From Callorhinchus milii (taxonomy: Eukaryota): a stretch of 64,000 nt of DNA. The notes under the pieces were generated by a model. The model did not search any database. It worked only from the letters and a program-made list of their open reading frames with translations, and was not told the origin of the DNA. Within the stretch, counting starts at the first letter, position 1. Every line of letters starts with the position of its first letter. Below are positions 23,398 through 37,105 of this stretch, piece after piece. The DNA is taken from positions 124,064,001 to 124,128,000 of the forward strand of contig NW_024704742.1 of the NCBI RefSeq assembly GCF_018977255.1, in the 5' to 3' direction. The translations under genes and the position numbers were made by a program.

Positions 23398-24782
23398 TCC
23401 TCTGGGACACATTGTAAAATATATTCTTTTCTGTGTTCACTTTTCTTCCCCCCCCCCCCCCCACTCCTTTTTTTCGCTACGCAAAAAGACATGTGTTAAG
23501 CTCATCCATTTCAACTCTGGAAGATACAGCTGGCAGATGGCCCATTGGGTGCTGGTATGGCGCTGTCGTGGAAGATTTCAGGTTCAGTTCCCAATTTATA
23601 TGGGAGGTGTTCTTTTGTTCGTAGGTCAAAAACTTGTAGGTCAACTAGCTAGCAATAATAATATTTTTTGCATTTTCTTCCTCCTCATTTTTCTTCACTA
23701 CTTGTGCTTTCTTACTGAATTTAAACAGGTTTTGCTCCCCCGGCCACTCCCTTCACACAGCAAACACTGGCCTGCATCCTATATGTCTTACCATCGACGA
23801 ACGGACTTTCAGCCGTTCAATCCCTGCTCTGGAACTCCATCCTGGAGTCCCTCCAACTTGCTTGCTTCCTTTCCTTGTTCAAGGCACATACCTCTTTGAG
23901 TTTGTGACTCCTTTCACCTTTAGTTCAACTTAAATTGGGAATATTTAGAATATTAGTTATAGAAGTGCCTTTTTTTTAAAACAAGCTTGCTCCTCCAAAA
24001 TGTTAAACTGCATGTAGGGTATATCAATGTGGAAAGCAAGTTGAGTAATTAAAACCTGAATTAACAACAAATGTGCCTTAATAATTCTTGGGAGTTTCCT
24101 CCTGGTCAGTAAAATTACCAGCGTTGTCATTGTGAACATAATACAGCAACAATAATTTACATTTAAACCCCCCTTTTCAGGGTGGGAGGACATCTCAACG
24201 CACTTCATACAGTAGATTGGGTTGTACGGTAGGTGTCTGAAAGTGCAGGTGAAAAGATAGGTCTAAAAGAGGAAGGAGGGGCTGAGGTGTTCTCTACTTT
24301 AGGAGTAATTTAATAATCTTCGTGACATGCACTTTCTGAAAGCGCACACTGGCAAGATGAAGTAATTTACCAATGGCCAGAGAATAAAGAGCATGAAATG
24401 CCAAATTTGGTAAATTTACTGGTGAATAACCTTACATCAATTGCTCTAATTTTCAGACCACTTCAGTTCAGTTTTAAAAAAAAAGCTCATGTCTGCGTCA
24501 TCAAGTCACTGTTGACATCACCTCCTATTTGATGCAAAATAGCAAGTGACATTGATGACATGGAAATCAGTCTTTTGTACAGCAAGAGGTCAAGAATGGA
24601 TAAATTTTTCAGGCACCAAAGTGCTTTCTTGTTTTTCCTTTGAAAGTTAGCTTACACAGCACCAAGTTCTATACATCCTGTTGTGTTTTTCTTCCTCGAC
24701 GATTAACCATCATCAGCAGTGTTTTTGCCAAATTCCATTGAGATGTAGCTGCATAAATTGCAAAATCAGTCCCCATCTCATG

Positions 24783-25390
24783 AACAACAACTTGTGCTTA
24801 TATAACACCCTCCACGCAGGGTAGCGTCTCAGAGTGCTTAACAGTGGCGGAGCCTGACTCTGAACCAGGGCGAGAGGGGAGGTGGCCATAAGCACAGTAG
24901 AACAGGGAAGTTTTCAGGCGGGACTTGAGAGAGGGGGCAGGGCAAAGGGATTGAGGGAGAGTGTTCCAGAGTTTTGGGGCATAGTGGCTGATCCAGGTGG
25001 GAGGTGACAAACATGTGCACGAGGGTTTTGACTGCATTTGGGGTAAGGTACGGTCGGAGGTGGGAATGTGGCGGAGGTGGAAGAAAGCAGTCCTGGTCAG
25101 GGACATGATGTAGGGGAGGAAGGACAGTTGGGGGTCGAACCGGATGCCTAGGTTGCGCACTGTTCCGGTTAGTCTGAGGGAGAGCCCAGGGAGATTGAGG
25201 AGTTTAGATCTGCTGGAGTGAAGGAGTATGGCTTCCGTTTTGTCCATATTTCAGCTGCAGGAAGTTCACTCATCCAGGCCTTGAAAGAGGAGAGAGAGGA
25301 GCAAGGCGGAGGGATTGAGGGATAGTGTTCCAGGGTTTTGGGGCATAGTGGCTGAAAGCATGACCTCCATTGGTGGGGAGCCAGTGGAGC
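24783..25390 (-). mobile_element. L2 fragments (second L2 subfamily), rearranged
   Basis: Minus-strand ORF KTEAIL...VRNLGIRFDPQLSF...KLWNTLPQ; variant tail. Confidence 0.8.
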
Positions 25391-26084
25391 ATCTCATGAC
25401 TTAGACTGACTCACTAACTTAGAAATTGATTGTGAGCTCACAACTTGTGGATAAAACTGTTTAAAACTTACAAATCTTTAGTGATTTTTAACAAGGAGAA
25501 GAACTGATTTCTGCCCCCCCTCTTCCAAACAGAAATGATTCTGTAGTGCCAACTTACAGCAAAAGCATTATTTGTTGCATCAATTAATTCCTCCAGAAAG
25601 AAGTATAGGGTCATAGATGTCCAGGATAGGTATACACTTCAATGCTTAACAGGACATATAGTATGACTACTGGTGGCATGGGGTGTTGATTGTGCAGGGA
25701 ATGCTCCGAGATGCCCCTCTGGGGGTGACGTGAAGAAGCCTTATAAATGTAAATTATAGTTGTTATTTTGTTTATTGCGGTGAATAGTGTAGAAGGATAA
25801 ATATTCTAGAGTTTTTGCACTATTTGGAAATTGTGAGTATTGATGGAAAATTTAGATAGATTAGACATCTAAAAGATCAGGGTTGGCAAGGCAAATACAT
25901 TATGGTATAATAATATAATAACAATAAGTATAAGAACTATCCACAACAACTGACCACAACAAATATATTTTAAGACAATTGTAGGCTGGAACTTCCTAAA
26001 TGTATAAGAGCAGGCACAATCATGCGGATGACATGATGGATTAGCTATAAAGAGATTCTTGCTGTCTGATGATGACCTAAGTCA

Positions 26085-26540
26085 ACCTGGCGCAGTGGTA
26101 GGACTCTCGTCTCAAAGTCAGAAAGTTGTTGATTCAAGCCCCATGTCGAGCCTTGGTATCACATGGTTTAAGCTGACACCGAGGTCCATCTGAAACAAAA
26201 ACAGAAGTCGCTGGGAACACTCAGCAGGTCAGGCAGCATCTCTGGGAAGCATCTATCTAGACCGAGGTCTATCTGCCTGTTCAGGTGAATGTTAAAGATC
26301 CAATGGCACTATTCAAAAAGAGAAGGGAGTTTTTCCTAGTGTTACCAATCCCCCAAATAAATGGGGTCACTCACTTCGTGGCTGTTTGTGGGACGTTGCT
26401 GTGCACAATTGGCTGTGATGTTTCACCCACAAAATACACAGTCAATCCATTTTACAGTATATCCTGAGAAGCGCTTTGAGACGTCACAATGGAGTTATAA
26501 AGCGCTCCATCAAATGCAATTATTACTATTATGATAATAA
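26085..26540 (+). mobile_element. DeuSINE (SacSINE1-like) with a 68-bp internal insertion
   Basis: GCAGTGGTAG.ACTCTCG..TC..AGTCAGAA head; TTCAGGTG.ATGTTAAAGATCC.ATGGCACTATT Deu core; L2-type tail. Confidence 0.75.
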
Positions 26541-27049
26541 ATAATGGCATAATGTGTACAGTGAAGTTTTAAGGCAATGTAGTTTGGCATACTGATAATT
26601 CATACATTGCGGTTCATAATACCATCATCTCTGCTATTCAATTAAATTCCCATTTTCTAATCACTTCTTTCCACCCTTAGACACTTTATCTTTGAATTCT
26701 CAAGAATTGGAAATAAAGCCAGTCTGTTTGTAATTAGTAACTGGCTTGCAGACTTGTGAGTTTTTTCCTTTTAACATTTAGTATTCTAAACTGCAGTCTC
26801 GTGTGTGTGCTTATTTTTTTAAATTCGCTGTTCAAACCTCAAAACAGTAAACTTAATTATGTGTCCCTCATAACTAGAAGCTAGGTTATGCATTCAATTC
26901 AAATTGTTTCAGGATGTTTATACCCGGATTGGCTGTGTAACCAATCTTTGTTGATTTAGTGAAGGTATGCTCGGTGACTGAAGGCACAAACACAATAAAC
27001 CACTGAGAATCAAAGTATATGTGCCACCTGCACTTCACTAACACCTCCT

Positions 27050-27970
27050 TGCCTCTGGATCCGATTACCTCAACTTTTCCAGCTGCTCACTCTACCTCAT
27101 TGAGCTAGTGCACTTTCTTCGCGTTCTGTTCAACCCTCAGCTCCTTTTCCTTCCTTATGTCAGGTCCCTGACCAAGATTTGCTTTTCATCGTTTTCGTAA
27201 CATTGACTACCTCCACTCCCGTTGTGCGCCCAGTGTAGCCGAAATCCTTATTCACATCTTCATTATCTCCAGGCTTAACTTTATTTAATGCCCTCCTCTC
27301 TGGCCTCCCCAGCCAAATCATCTACAAACTCCAGCTCATTTAAATGCTACCACTCTCATCCAAAACTTTGAATGCTCTCCTCCTCCCCTGGCTCACAGTG
27401 GATTGACGTTAAGGTTCTCACCCTCAGCTATAAATCCTTTCACACCCTGATACCTCTGTATCTCTATGATCTTCTCCTTCTGGTACTCGTTCCCTGAACT
27501 CTCAATTTTGCTCTTTGTTCTTTTATACAATACAAGATTCCATTTGTAAAGTGCCTTTCATGTCAGAAGCGTTCCCAAGGAAAGTCCCGACATAAGGAAG
27601 GAAAAGGAGCTTAGGGTTGAACAGAATACGAACAACAGTCAGGAATTAGGACCCGGGCGATGGGGGTTGGAATCAGGGAGGGTAGCGGGCAGAGAGGGTA
27701 AGAGGGTGGCTGAAGGCGCAGTCGAAGAGGAGGATCCTGAGGCGTGCCTTGAAGGAGGCAAGGGAAGGAGCAAGGCGAAGGGAATGTGGGATGGAGTTCC
27801 AGAGATTGGGGCAGAGAGGCTGAAGGGCTGACCGTTGATGATGGGCTGGGCCGGGTGGGGGACATGGAGCTGGCCGGAGGCTGCTGAGCGGAGGGAGCTG
27901 ACAGGTTGATAAGGGGTTAGCAGATCAGAGAGGTAGGAGGGGGCAAGGCCATGGAGGGCCTTGAAGGCGA
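27050..27970. mobile_element. Two L2 fragments tail-to-tail (27050-27500 +, degenerate; 27530-27970 -)
   Basis: L2 ORF2 C-terminal motifs on both strands. Confidence 0.72.
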
Positions 27971-28947
27971 AGTGAGTATACCCTTGTATTCAAGTATTGA
28001 CTTTTGGGGGCTGAAATGGCTGATTCTGGATATCAAGGTTAGTATTACTTCCTGTTTTGTTGTGGGAAGCAGGAAATTGTATCATTGGTGACCTAATGAT
28101 CTGAGTATGGGCATTGGAAAACTCTGCATTGTTGCAAATGAGATTTTATAGATTCTAATCACAGAGCTCCACTGTGGTACTGAATTGTAGACGTTCAATA
28201 TAGTTATGGTAACTGCAGCAGTATTTTTATGCACACTGGTTTCTGACTGCTCACACTATAATGTCAGATATTACATTTCTCACCATGTTTCTGCTATGGC
28301 TATATTCACACAGGAAAAAGAAACAACAGAATTGATGGCTATCTTTGGCTATAAAATGAAGTAGTGGTGATTCCATCACCGTACGGTTCTTCAATACATC
28401 AATTGTAAATTGTAAATTATACCTTTAAAACTCAAGCCCTGTATTTGCGAATCCTAAGGGATGGAATAATCAAGCAAGTAGTGAAGCCTGTATTTAGTTA
28501 CTGTCACCACTAATAAGCGTGAGGAATTTGCATTAGGTTATACTTATTAAAGCTCTTTTGTGTTTCTCTTTCTTAAGCTTGTTATAGTCGACCCTATAAT
28601 TCGATTCCCATTCCAGGTTTTCTGCATCACTACCAGCACTCCCACCCAAACAAGAAAACTTGGCTGAATTCCCTGGATTGTCCATTGTACCAGATGTTAT
28701 GTCCTTCCTACAGCATGAACTGGTGTCAGGGTGATCTGAACATAAGCTCAAAAACTGCAGGCTTTTGTCTTTGGCTATAAAAGCAACTTTTATTTAAACA
28801 GAATTTTGACTTGGGAAGCCACAAGTTCGCAATTTAATTCTCATGTTCTCAGTAACTATATCAAAACACCCAGTGACATTTTCAATCTATAGGCGAGAAA
28901 TCCTTCATACTGTTCATTCTAGTGACTGTGGCAATGTGCGTTAATTA

Positions 28948-29198
28948 TAACAACAACAAGATTCCATTTATAGAGCGCCTTTCATGTCGGGAGGACATCC
29001 CAAGGCGCTGTACAGTTGGGTCAGGACCCGAGCAAGGGGGAAATGGTCAGGGTGAGGGGAGGGAAAGGAGGGAGCGAGGAGGGGTAGAGAGTCGAGAGGG
29101 GAGCTGAAGGCACTGTCAAAGAGAAAGGTCTTGAGACCGGCCTTGAAGGAGGAAAGGGAGGAGGCGGCGAAGGCACTGGGGGATAGAGTTCCAGAGCC
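28948..29198 (-). mobile_element. L2 3' fragment, same young subfamily as 2963-4443
   Basis: Near-identical 3' UTR (CCCCTCTCGACTCT...CCTGACCCAACTGTACAGCGCC). Confidence 0.88.
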
Positions 29199-29379
29199 AA
29201 AGCTGAATGGCTATGTCAGCGCTTATCACTGTCTGCATCATTCTACTTTGGGAATGATTTTCTTACCCCTGATTCTGTTTACTTGCTCACTAATGTGTGT
29301 CATGGCCAGGATTATTGTGACTTTCTTCAAAACTGATAGTACCTCCACTGTTACATTCATGCAATTACTTTAGAAAAGA

Positions 29380-29770
29380 AGAAATAGTTTCCATTGGTGA
29401 TGACACCTTATCATGTCAAAATGTCTTGAAGTGCTTTTACAGTAAATTGCTGTCAAGTTTTGTGTCCTGCTTTCTAGGTGAAACACACAAACGTTTTGAC
29501 AGCAAAGTCCCACAACCAATCTAGAAAATTGTTAATTAGAAGAAAATCCCTTTTTTTGAGTAGTGTCTTTGGATCTTTAACATCCACCTGAAATCAAGCA
29601 GGCAGGATGTCAGTTTACCAACTCCGAAAGATGGAACCTTTAACCGAGTAGCACTCCCTCAATACTGCAATTTGAATTTCAACCTAGACTATGATCTCAA
29701 ATCCCAATGTGGGGCTGGAATCCATCACTTTTTAATCCAGAGGCTAGAATACTATAAACTGAGCTGAGAT
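29380..29770 (-). mobile_element. Degenerate DeuSINE (SacSINE1-like)
   Basis: GGATCTTTAACATCCACCTGA...GCACTCCCTCA.TACTGCA...CCAGAGGC..GA.TACTA..ACTGAGC. Confidence 0.65.
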
Positions 29771-29851
29771 ATTTCATTATGTTAGCTGGAAATATTAAAA
29801 TTTTACGGAAGGATGTAAGAATCTTATCAACTTGCAATTTTGTTTTCCCAG

Positions 29852-30021
29852 GAACATTGAAACCCATCCGATCCGAACATTTGAAAGCTGTAACCAATGA
29901 TGACAACACTAGCAACCGAACCGTAATATTTACTGTGGTTGATGCCCCCAAACTTGGTAAACTGGTTAAAATTAAAGCTGGCAACATGACCCATGAAGTA
30001 ACCAGTTTCACACAGGACATG
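29852..30021 (+). CDS. CSPG4: CSPG4-like exon (170 nt, phase 1-0)
   Basis: Acceptor ttttcccag|GA, donor ATG|gtaagt. Encodes (G)TLKPIRSEHLKAVTND...SFTQDM. Confidence 0.92.
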
Positions 30022-30234
30022 GTAAGTTCTGTACCAAGGTACAGTATTTAGTTTTAGTATGTCTAATCAATTAGATACACTTGCATAAACGTATCTCTTT
30101 TTAAGATACACAATGAATCATTTGCACTCATTTCACATTTTGATTGCATTGAAGCGCTTGTCCTCTCCCGCATCACACTCTGTGAACCTGTCATCCCATT
30201 CTCGATCAGCTCTACCGGCTCCCCATACTCCAGC

Positions 30235-31235
30235 ACAACAACAACAACAAAGTTACATTTGTAAAGCGCCTTTCACGTCGGGAGGATGTCCCAAGACGCT
30301 GGACAGACAGAGTTATGGAGCCGAGCTGGGGGTCGGGCTGGGAAGCAGGTGGAGGGTGAGGGGGAAGCACGGAGATCAAAAGCATGGTTGAAGAGGAGGG
30401 TCTTTAGGTGGCAAGGGAAGGGACCAAGGCGGAGGGACTGCAGGACGGAGTTCCAGAGGGTGGGGGCAGAGTGGCAGAAGGCCCGCCTGACAATAGTGGA
30501 GCGAACAAGGCGGGGGCCGTGAAGCAGGCCGGAGCGCGCTGAGTGGAGAGAGTGAACAGGATGGTAGGAGGTTGGAGAGGTGAGAGGAGCAAGACCGTGG
30601 AGGGCTTTGAAGCTGAGGACCAGGATCTTGAACTAAATAATAATAATAATCCTTGCATTTGATATAGCACTTTTCACGTCTTCTCGATGTCTCAAAGCGC
30701 TTCACAGAATAGACTAAAGTGAATTGACCGTATATTTGTGGACTGTGTGTTGGGAAGCCAGTGGAGTTGGGCAAGTATGGGGGTGATCAGGTCGCGGAGC
30801 CTGGTGTGGGAGAGGACACGGGCTGCAGAGTTCTGGATGATCCGCAGCCTGTGGAGGGAGGAGTTGGGGAGGCTGACAAGCAATGAGTTTGCATAGTTGA
30901 GGCTCGATGTAATGAAAGCGTGTGTGAGGGTTTCGGTGGCCTGCGGTGTGAGACAGAGTCGGAGCCGTGCGACGTTGCGGATGTGGGGGAAGGCAGAGTG
31001 GGTCATGGCACAGATGTGGCGTAGAAAGGATAGTTGAGGGTCAAACAAGACCTCAAGGTTCTGGACTGGCTTAGCAAGGTGGGGTGTGCAACCACGGATG
31101 GTGATGCTGTCAGTGCCTGAGGTGAGGAGGCGCTGATGGGAGCCAATCAGGAGAGCCTCGATCTTGATGACGTTCAACTGAAGAAAGTTAGCTCTCATCC
31201 AGGACTGATGTCTAACAGACATTCTGTCAGCACAG
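30235..31235 (-). mobile_element. L2 LINE 5'-truncated, with a nested SINE 3' fragment (30635-30742)
   Basis: ORF SWMRANFLQLN...EALLIGS...LAQLHWLP. SINE tail inserted at TTGAACT. Confidence 0.88.
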
Positions 31236-32965
31236 CCGTGGATCAAATTTAAGATCCCTATTCTCATCTTTAATTCTCTCGCTCCACTCTACCTCTACAA
31301 CCTCCTACAGCCCAACCGACTCAGTCTCTCCCTTTGCTCAGTGAACACTGACCTGTTTCATGTCCTTTGCCCTGTTCTCCCCCACCATTGGCAGGTGAAC
31401 TTTCAGTCATTCTGCCCGATCTGTGGAACTCCACTCCTCCCAGTGTGAAAGGCGCTATATAAATTGATTTGTATAAAAAAACTGTTGTTTTCAATCTGCT
31501 TCTCTGACATTTTTCTCTTTTACTCTTCTCTCTCTGCCTCCTTTTTCTCTCTCTGAGTCCCTCCCTCCCAAAGCCTTTCTAACTTTTTATTTCTACAATA
31601 TCGATCTCTAATGTTAAACTGCACAGTATCAAAATGTAAAGATTACTTTCGCAACCAGCAAATGATATGTGGAAAGATTTTTACTTAGGAAATTGCCTTT
31701 CTGCCCTGATGATTTCTGCCACTTTAGTTCCATAATACAGCATTAGATTATTGTTAACAATCATAATAACCCTTGTATTTGATGTGGCGCTTTATTACGT
31801 CGTCGAGACGTCTCAAAACCCTTCACGGGATATACTGTAAAGTGGAGTGACTGTATTTTGTGGGCGAAATTAAATTAGATGAAATATTTAAGATAAATAA
31901 TATCGCCAAGGTTAATATTTTTTCAAAAAAAGCCTATAGAGGGGAAAATGAAGATAAATGAAAGATAGAAATTACCAGTAATTACACTAATTTGGATATA
32001 CACATCTTGAATAATTCATATGCATGATGTCCGTCAATCCAACAACACCTTGCATTCATATAGTGCCCTTCACAAGGGCTATACATTATTGAACCAGTTT
32101 ATTTATATAACATGGATCATTTAACTTGCTCTATTTAATCAGTTCGTCATAAGAAGTTTAAAAAGTCTTGCGGCCTGTTTAAAATTTATCTTGTTTGTCT
32201 GGGCACATATTGATTTCTCCCTTTATTTTTCCAATATAATTCAAAGTTGAATGTTTTGGTCTGGGGTTTCGGTATTTTTGAATTGTGCCAAAATACACAG
32301 ATATCCTGCTGCTAATAACTGTATCAAATCCACCAAAATTGTAAGTCTTTGCGGGGTGGCTATAAAAAAAAGTGAAATCGACCCCTAAAGAAGATTGTTA
32401 ATGAAAGGATTCAAATCCAAACAATTTCTTTTAATTTTATAGATTTCATTAGACAATCCACCAAATTGAAAATCTTCATGACATGACTGTAAAAAGGTGA
32501 AACAGATCCCTTTTGTTAATAGAGAAATGCAAGAACCTTGAGTAATGTTCATTCTGTCTTAACATGTGCAGTTGGTTCATACCAGGGCCAGATTTATCAA
32601 TCAGGTTTCTGTTCCCATTATGTTCTAACGTGATCCAGGTTCTCAGAAATCATACTTGCAAAGGCTATGAGAAATCTGTGGTCAATTTAGCTGATCAATT
32701 GATTGAAACTGGAAAAAAATCTCTGATGGAAAAAATAATGTCTTTCACGGAACGATCCAAATACAATACAAATTTGCACTTATTTAGTGTCTTTCATGTC
32801 GGGAGAACATCCCAAGAGATTTGATGGAATGTTAAACTTTCGTAGATATTAACGAATATTGGAAAATATGAATTGTGGGTCTTTTTAACCTTGTTGAAAT
32901 GTCGGTATTACCTATATGTATTGATTCTGTAGAGATTTATTTTAGTTTCAGCATTTGAGCCATGT

Positions 32966-33320
32966 GGAGCCCTGTAGCGCTCGCCTCACAAGCGAGAGGA
33001 CCTGGGTTCGATTCCCAGGCAGGGCGAAACGGTGGGCAAGTTCCCTCACTCCACACGCCTGTTTACCCACCAATAAGTAGGAAACTGGTTGTTAGTCAAT
33101 CGGTAAGTCGCTTTTCCAGGGGTAATAATCCCTTTAAAAATATATAAATAAATGAAATTAATTTGGTCACTCGATCCGTGATTGTTTGTGGGACACGAGT
33201 GCACAATTGGCTGCCACGTATTACCCAGAAAATAAACAGTCGATTCACTTTATAGTGTATTCTGTGAAGCGCTTTGAGATGTCCAGAAGACGTGACAAGG
33301 TGCTATATCAAATATTATAT
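32966..33320 (+). mobile_element. tRNA/Deu-L2 SINE, long subfamily
   Basis: B box GGGTTCGATTCC, body and tail as at 14719. Deletion in the A-box region. Confidence 0.85.
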
Positions 33321-33894
33321 AGGGAGGAGCTGGAGAGTCTGTCAAGCAGAGCCTCAGAATAATCAAGCCTGGACCTCATAAAGAATTAATCAGCATGTTG
33401 TGCAAGTGTTGTGTTCTTGCAGTACAGTTGAATGTTGTCTATATTGATGACAAGGAACACAAATTTAGCCAACTGTTCCCCAAATAAAAATGGGCACTAA
33501 TTCCATGGCTATTTGTAGAATGTTGGTTTATGCAAATTGGCACAGTTAAAGCACAGTCATAGTTTGTGTTTTAATCCCAGCTTTACAGATTTGTTGACTG
33601 CTCCACTGAATATTTCTGTTCCTTTATTTTTTTTCCCAAAATGTTGTAACTGGCCAAAAGCACAGACTCTCAAAAAAAAGAGATGATCTGATTTTTTTTA
33701 CTGTAGTAACTCATATTTATTTTACTGTGCTACTGACTGTCTTGGGGAAAAGATTGAAAAATCTTTTATATCAGTAATCGATACTTACAACTTTTTGTTG
33801 TAATTTTCAGCATTTGAAATAAACTGCAGCATTGGTCCTGTATCTGTCAGATAACTGGCTGGATGTTCTATTTTCCTCCCTTGATTTTATATAG

Positions 33895-34078
33895 GTGGAA
33901 AAGGGTTTGATCGCATATGAACACATGCAGACGGAAGCCGCAGACTGGAGTGTTGAGGACTCCTTTCAGTTTACAGTGTCCTCCCCACCGGCTTCGTTGG
34001 AACCCCATGTGTTTCATATCAGCATTTCATATGACAACACTGGGCCAGAGAGACACAGTCTTCTTGTTGCTAATACAG
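33895..34078 (+). CDS. CSPG4: CSPG4-like exon (184 nt, phase 0-1)
   Basis: Acceptor tttatatag|GTG, donor G|gtaaga. Encodes VEKGLIAYEH...DSFQFTVSSPP...LVANT. Confidence 0.93.
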
Positions 34079-34657
34079 GTAAGAATATATCCATTTACAG
34101 TAAACCATATGCTACAAAGCAAATTTCCCTTGCTTTGGGGGATTCTTTCTGACATTGCTTGTGGTTACTGAGACAATGATTATGACTTGGTGCAGTTCTA
34201 TTTATATGCTTAGGTAGAGGGGCTTCTAAATATTTGATGAAACAGGTTAAAATGGAACATTTCTGAACGGCTTTGTTTAAAATTCACAAAGCTGGGATGA
34301 TGTAGCTTTGTAAATTAGAAGAGACAAAAGAATTCTGCCTCATTCGTCCAACCTGGGGAAGTCATGGAACATTGACTTCTTCAAAGGGTTGATGTCTGTC
34401 CTTAGCACACAAGCTCTCCAAGCTTCCCTTCATATTAGGCTTCAGTGTTGATGCACACAGCAACTATTTTTGGCAGTTATCTTACTATTGCTCCACTCTG
34501 GTATAAAGCACTTCAAGCTTGTGCTTTTCTCAATCAGTGTTTACAGTTCATAAATTAAAAAGCTCCATTGGTAGTTTAAATAATGTTTGAAAGTATTTGT
34601 ACTCCAGTCTTTCAGAGCCTTGAGACATCCTCCCAATGTATAAGGCACTGTATAAAT

Positions 34658-35267
34658 ACAACAACAACTTGCACTTGTATAGCGCCCTCCGCGCAGGATA
34701 GAGTCTCAGAGCACTTAACAGTGGTGGAGCCTGACTCTGAGCCGGGGGGTGGGGGGATGGGAGGTGGCCCTATGCGCGGTCGAAGAGGAAGGTTTTCAGG
34801 TGGGACTTGAAAAAGGAGAGAGGGGGGCCAAGGCAGAGGGATTGAGGGAGAGTGTTCCAGAGTTTTGGGGTGTAGTGGCTGAAAGCATAACCTCTATGGT
34901 GGGGCAGAGGGTGAGAGGGATGAGCAGGAGGCTGGTACCAGTCGAGTGGAGGTGCCAGGTGGTGGATTGGGGAGTGAGGAGGTCGGAGCAGTAGGTGCCA
35001 AAGAATGAAGGGATTTGAACACAAGTGTGAGGATCTTGAAGTCGATTGTTCGGTGATGGGGAGCCAGTGAAGCCTGGCCAGAAATGGTGAGATGTGGGTA
35101 CAGAGTTTGGTCCGGGTCAGTATGCGGGCGGCAGAGTTCTGAATGAGCTGGATCTTTTGAATAGTGGAGCTGGGGAGACCGGCGAGGAGTGTATTTGAGT
35201 AATCTAATCACAAACGCATGCACGAGGGTTTCGGCTGCATTTGGGATATGGTATGGTCGGAGGCGGT
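34658..35267 (-). mobile_element. L2 3' fragment (second subfamily)
   Basis: [11 protein letters not shown]...IDFKILTL...KLWNTLPQ; tail GAGGGCGCTATACAAGTGCAAG(TTG)n. Confidence 0.85.
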
Positions 35268-35319
35268 CAACATCAACAACAAATGAATTTGTTGTTGATG
35301 TTGTTGTCTTGTAAACTCT

Positions 35320-36080
35320 AGATAAAAGTGGAGTTTTGTATAAGCTGGAGCTTGTGGCTGGTAGAGTTGGAAATCTACTGAAGGGTGTGTTTGAGAAATC
35401 TAATTGCATAATAAAGGTGTGAATGATGGTTTTGGTAGCATTTTGTGTGGAATAGTGACGAAGGTGAAGATCAAGAGTTTTTGAAGATCAACATCTTCAA
35501 AGTCATGGTTAGGGATGGAATGTGAGGAAAAAATGAGAGCTGAAGATGAAGCCAGGTGTTGGTGCAGTGGTTTGGTGAGTTTGAGGCTAGGGTGATTGAG
35601 GAGATCAGAGCCAGAAGGCATTGGTGAAAGCTCAGTTGGATGACTTCTAACCTGTCCATGTTGAGCTACAAGAAATTGAGGGCATTGAGGTCTTGATGTT
35701 TGACAGGCAGGTGGACAAAATATTGTTGGACCTGGAATCCAAGGCAGAAGCTGACAATCGATTTGGGTGTCATCTCAACCCATGTGGAATGTAACCCTGT
35801 TGTTTGTGCCTGATGCCACTAAGAGGGAGGGAGAAGGTATATAAGGAAAAGGACAGAATGGAGAATAGAGCCCTGAGGAACTCTGCAGGTGACAAGGGCA
35901 GGAGGAGAAACATTAGAAGAAAAATGGAGGCAATGGGTTAAGTTGTATTGGAACCAGAACAATGCAGTTCCACAGAGGTGGATGAGAGAAGGGAGGCAAC
36001 TAAAGAGAATGGATTGATCAACCATGTCAAAAGCAGCAGAGAGTTCAAGTAGGAAGGGAAGGCAGAGGGAGCCCGGTGGC
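35320..36080 (-). mobile_element. Old L2 RT fragment
   Basis: Degenerate VDQSIL...VPQGSIL...LFLIY on the minus strand. Confidence 0.65.
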
Positions 36081-36419
36081 AGAAAAAGAATATGTCAAAC
36101 ATTGAATGCTGACTGAAAAAGCTGTATATAAATTACATGGTAATTGTTTGAAAGGAAACAGACCATAGTATGGGAAGGAGCTAAGGGACAGGAGTTGCAT
36201 CTGCTCTTTTTATTTTTATCATGAATTTTTAATGAGTAATTTTCCAGAAAATGTAACTGAAAATTTGACTCATGCAGTGTTGCTTGAATGGTTTTGGAAA
36301 AGTCCCAAAGCAAAACAGTGCAAAGAATGTTTTCTTTTTCAGACATATTTAGATAAGAAGCAGAAGTAAAGATGGAATGAGACGAAGTGATTTGGTCAAT
36401 CTTTTTCCTGCCACAACAG

Positions 36420-37105
36420 TGTGCTTTCTTTCCTATTCTTTCTTCCCCCACTTCCGCCACATTGCCCACCTCCACCACTACCTCTCCCCTCAGGCTGCAG
36501 AAACCCTCAACCATCTTTTTATTATGTTCAGGCTTGACAATGTTAATTCCCTCTCCCTGGACTTCCCAACACTTCCCTCCACAAACTGCAGATTATTCAG
36601 AACTCTATAGCCATATTATCTTCCCATATTAAGCTCCGTGAGCCAATCACCCCCTCCTCCTTGCCCAGCTTTACTGGCTTCCCCTCCTCCCAATGGATTG
36701 AGTTCAAGATCCTCATCCTCACCTTTAAAGCCCTCCACTTTTAAAGCCCTTCCCTACCTCTACGACCTACTATAATGTTATCGAACTGTCCATTCCCTCC
36801 ACTTGCCGGGCATTGGCCTGCTCCACCATCAGCGGCCTTCAGCCTTCTGACCGCCCGCTGGAATTCCATCCCAGAGCCACTCAACCCTCCCCCTCCCTTG
36901 CTTCCTTCAAGTCCCGTCTTAAGAAATTCCTCTTCAACCGTGCTTTCTGTCATCTTCCCACCTCCACCCCAACCCCTCCTTGCCCTTCATCCCTCTTGAC
37001 TCCCAACTCCCAGCTCGAGTGCAAACCCTTCATTGTTCAGCAGCTTGGGACGTCCTCCCGATGTCAAACACGCTATATAAATGCAATTTTTTCTTGTTGT
37101 TGTTG
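36420..37105 (+). mobile_element. L2 3' fragment
   Basis: HFRHIAHLHHYLSPQAAETL followed by the tail. Confidence 0.82.

Noticed and set aside
28533..28751. 72-aa minus-strand ORF as an exon of an antisense gene
   Set aside because: No family resemblance and no partner exons found.
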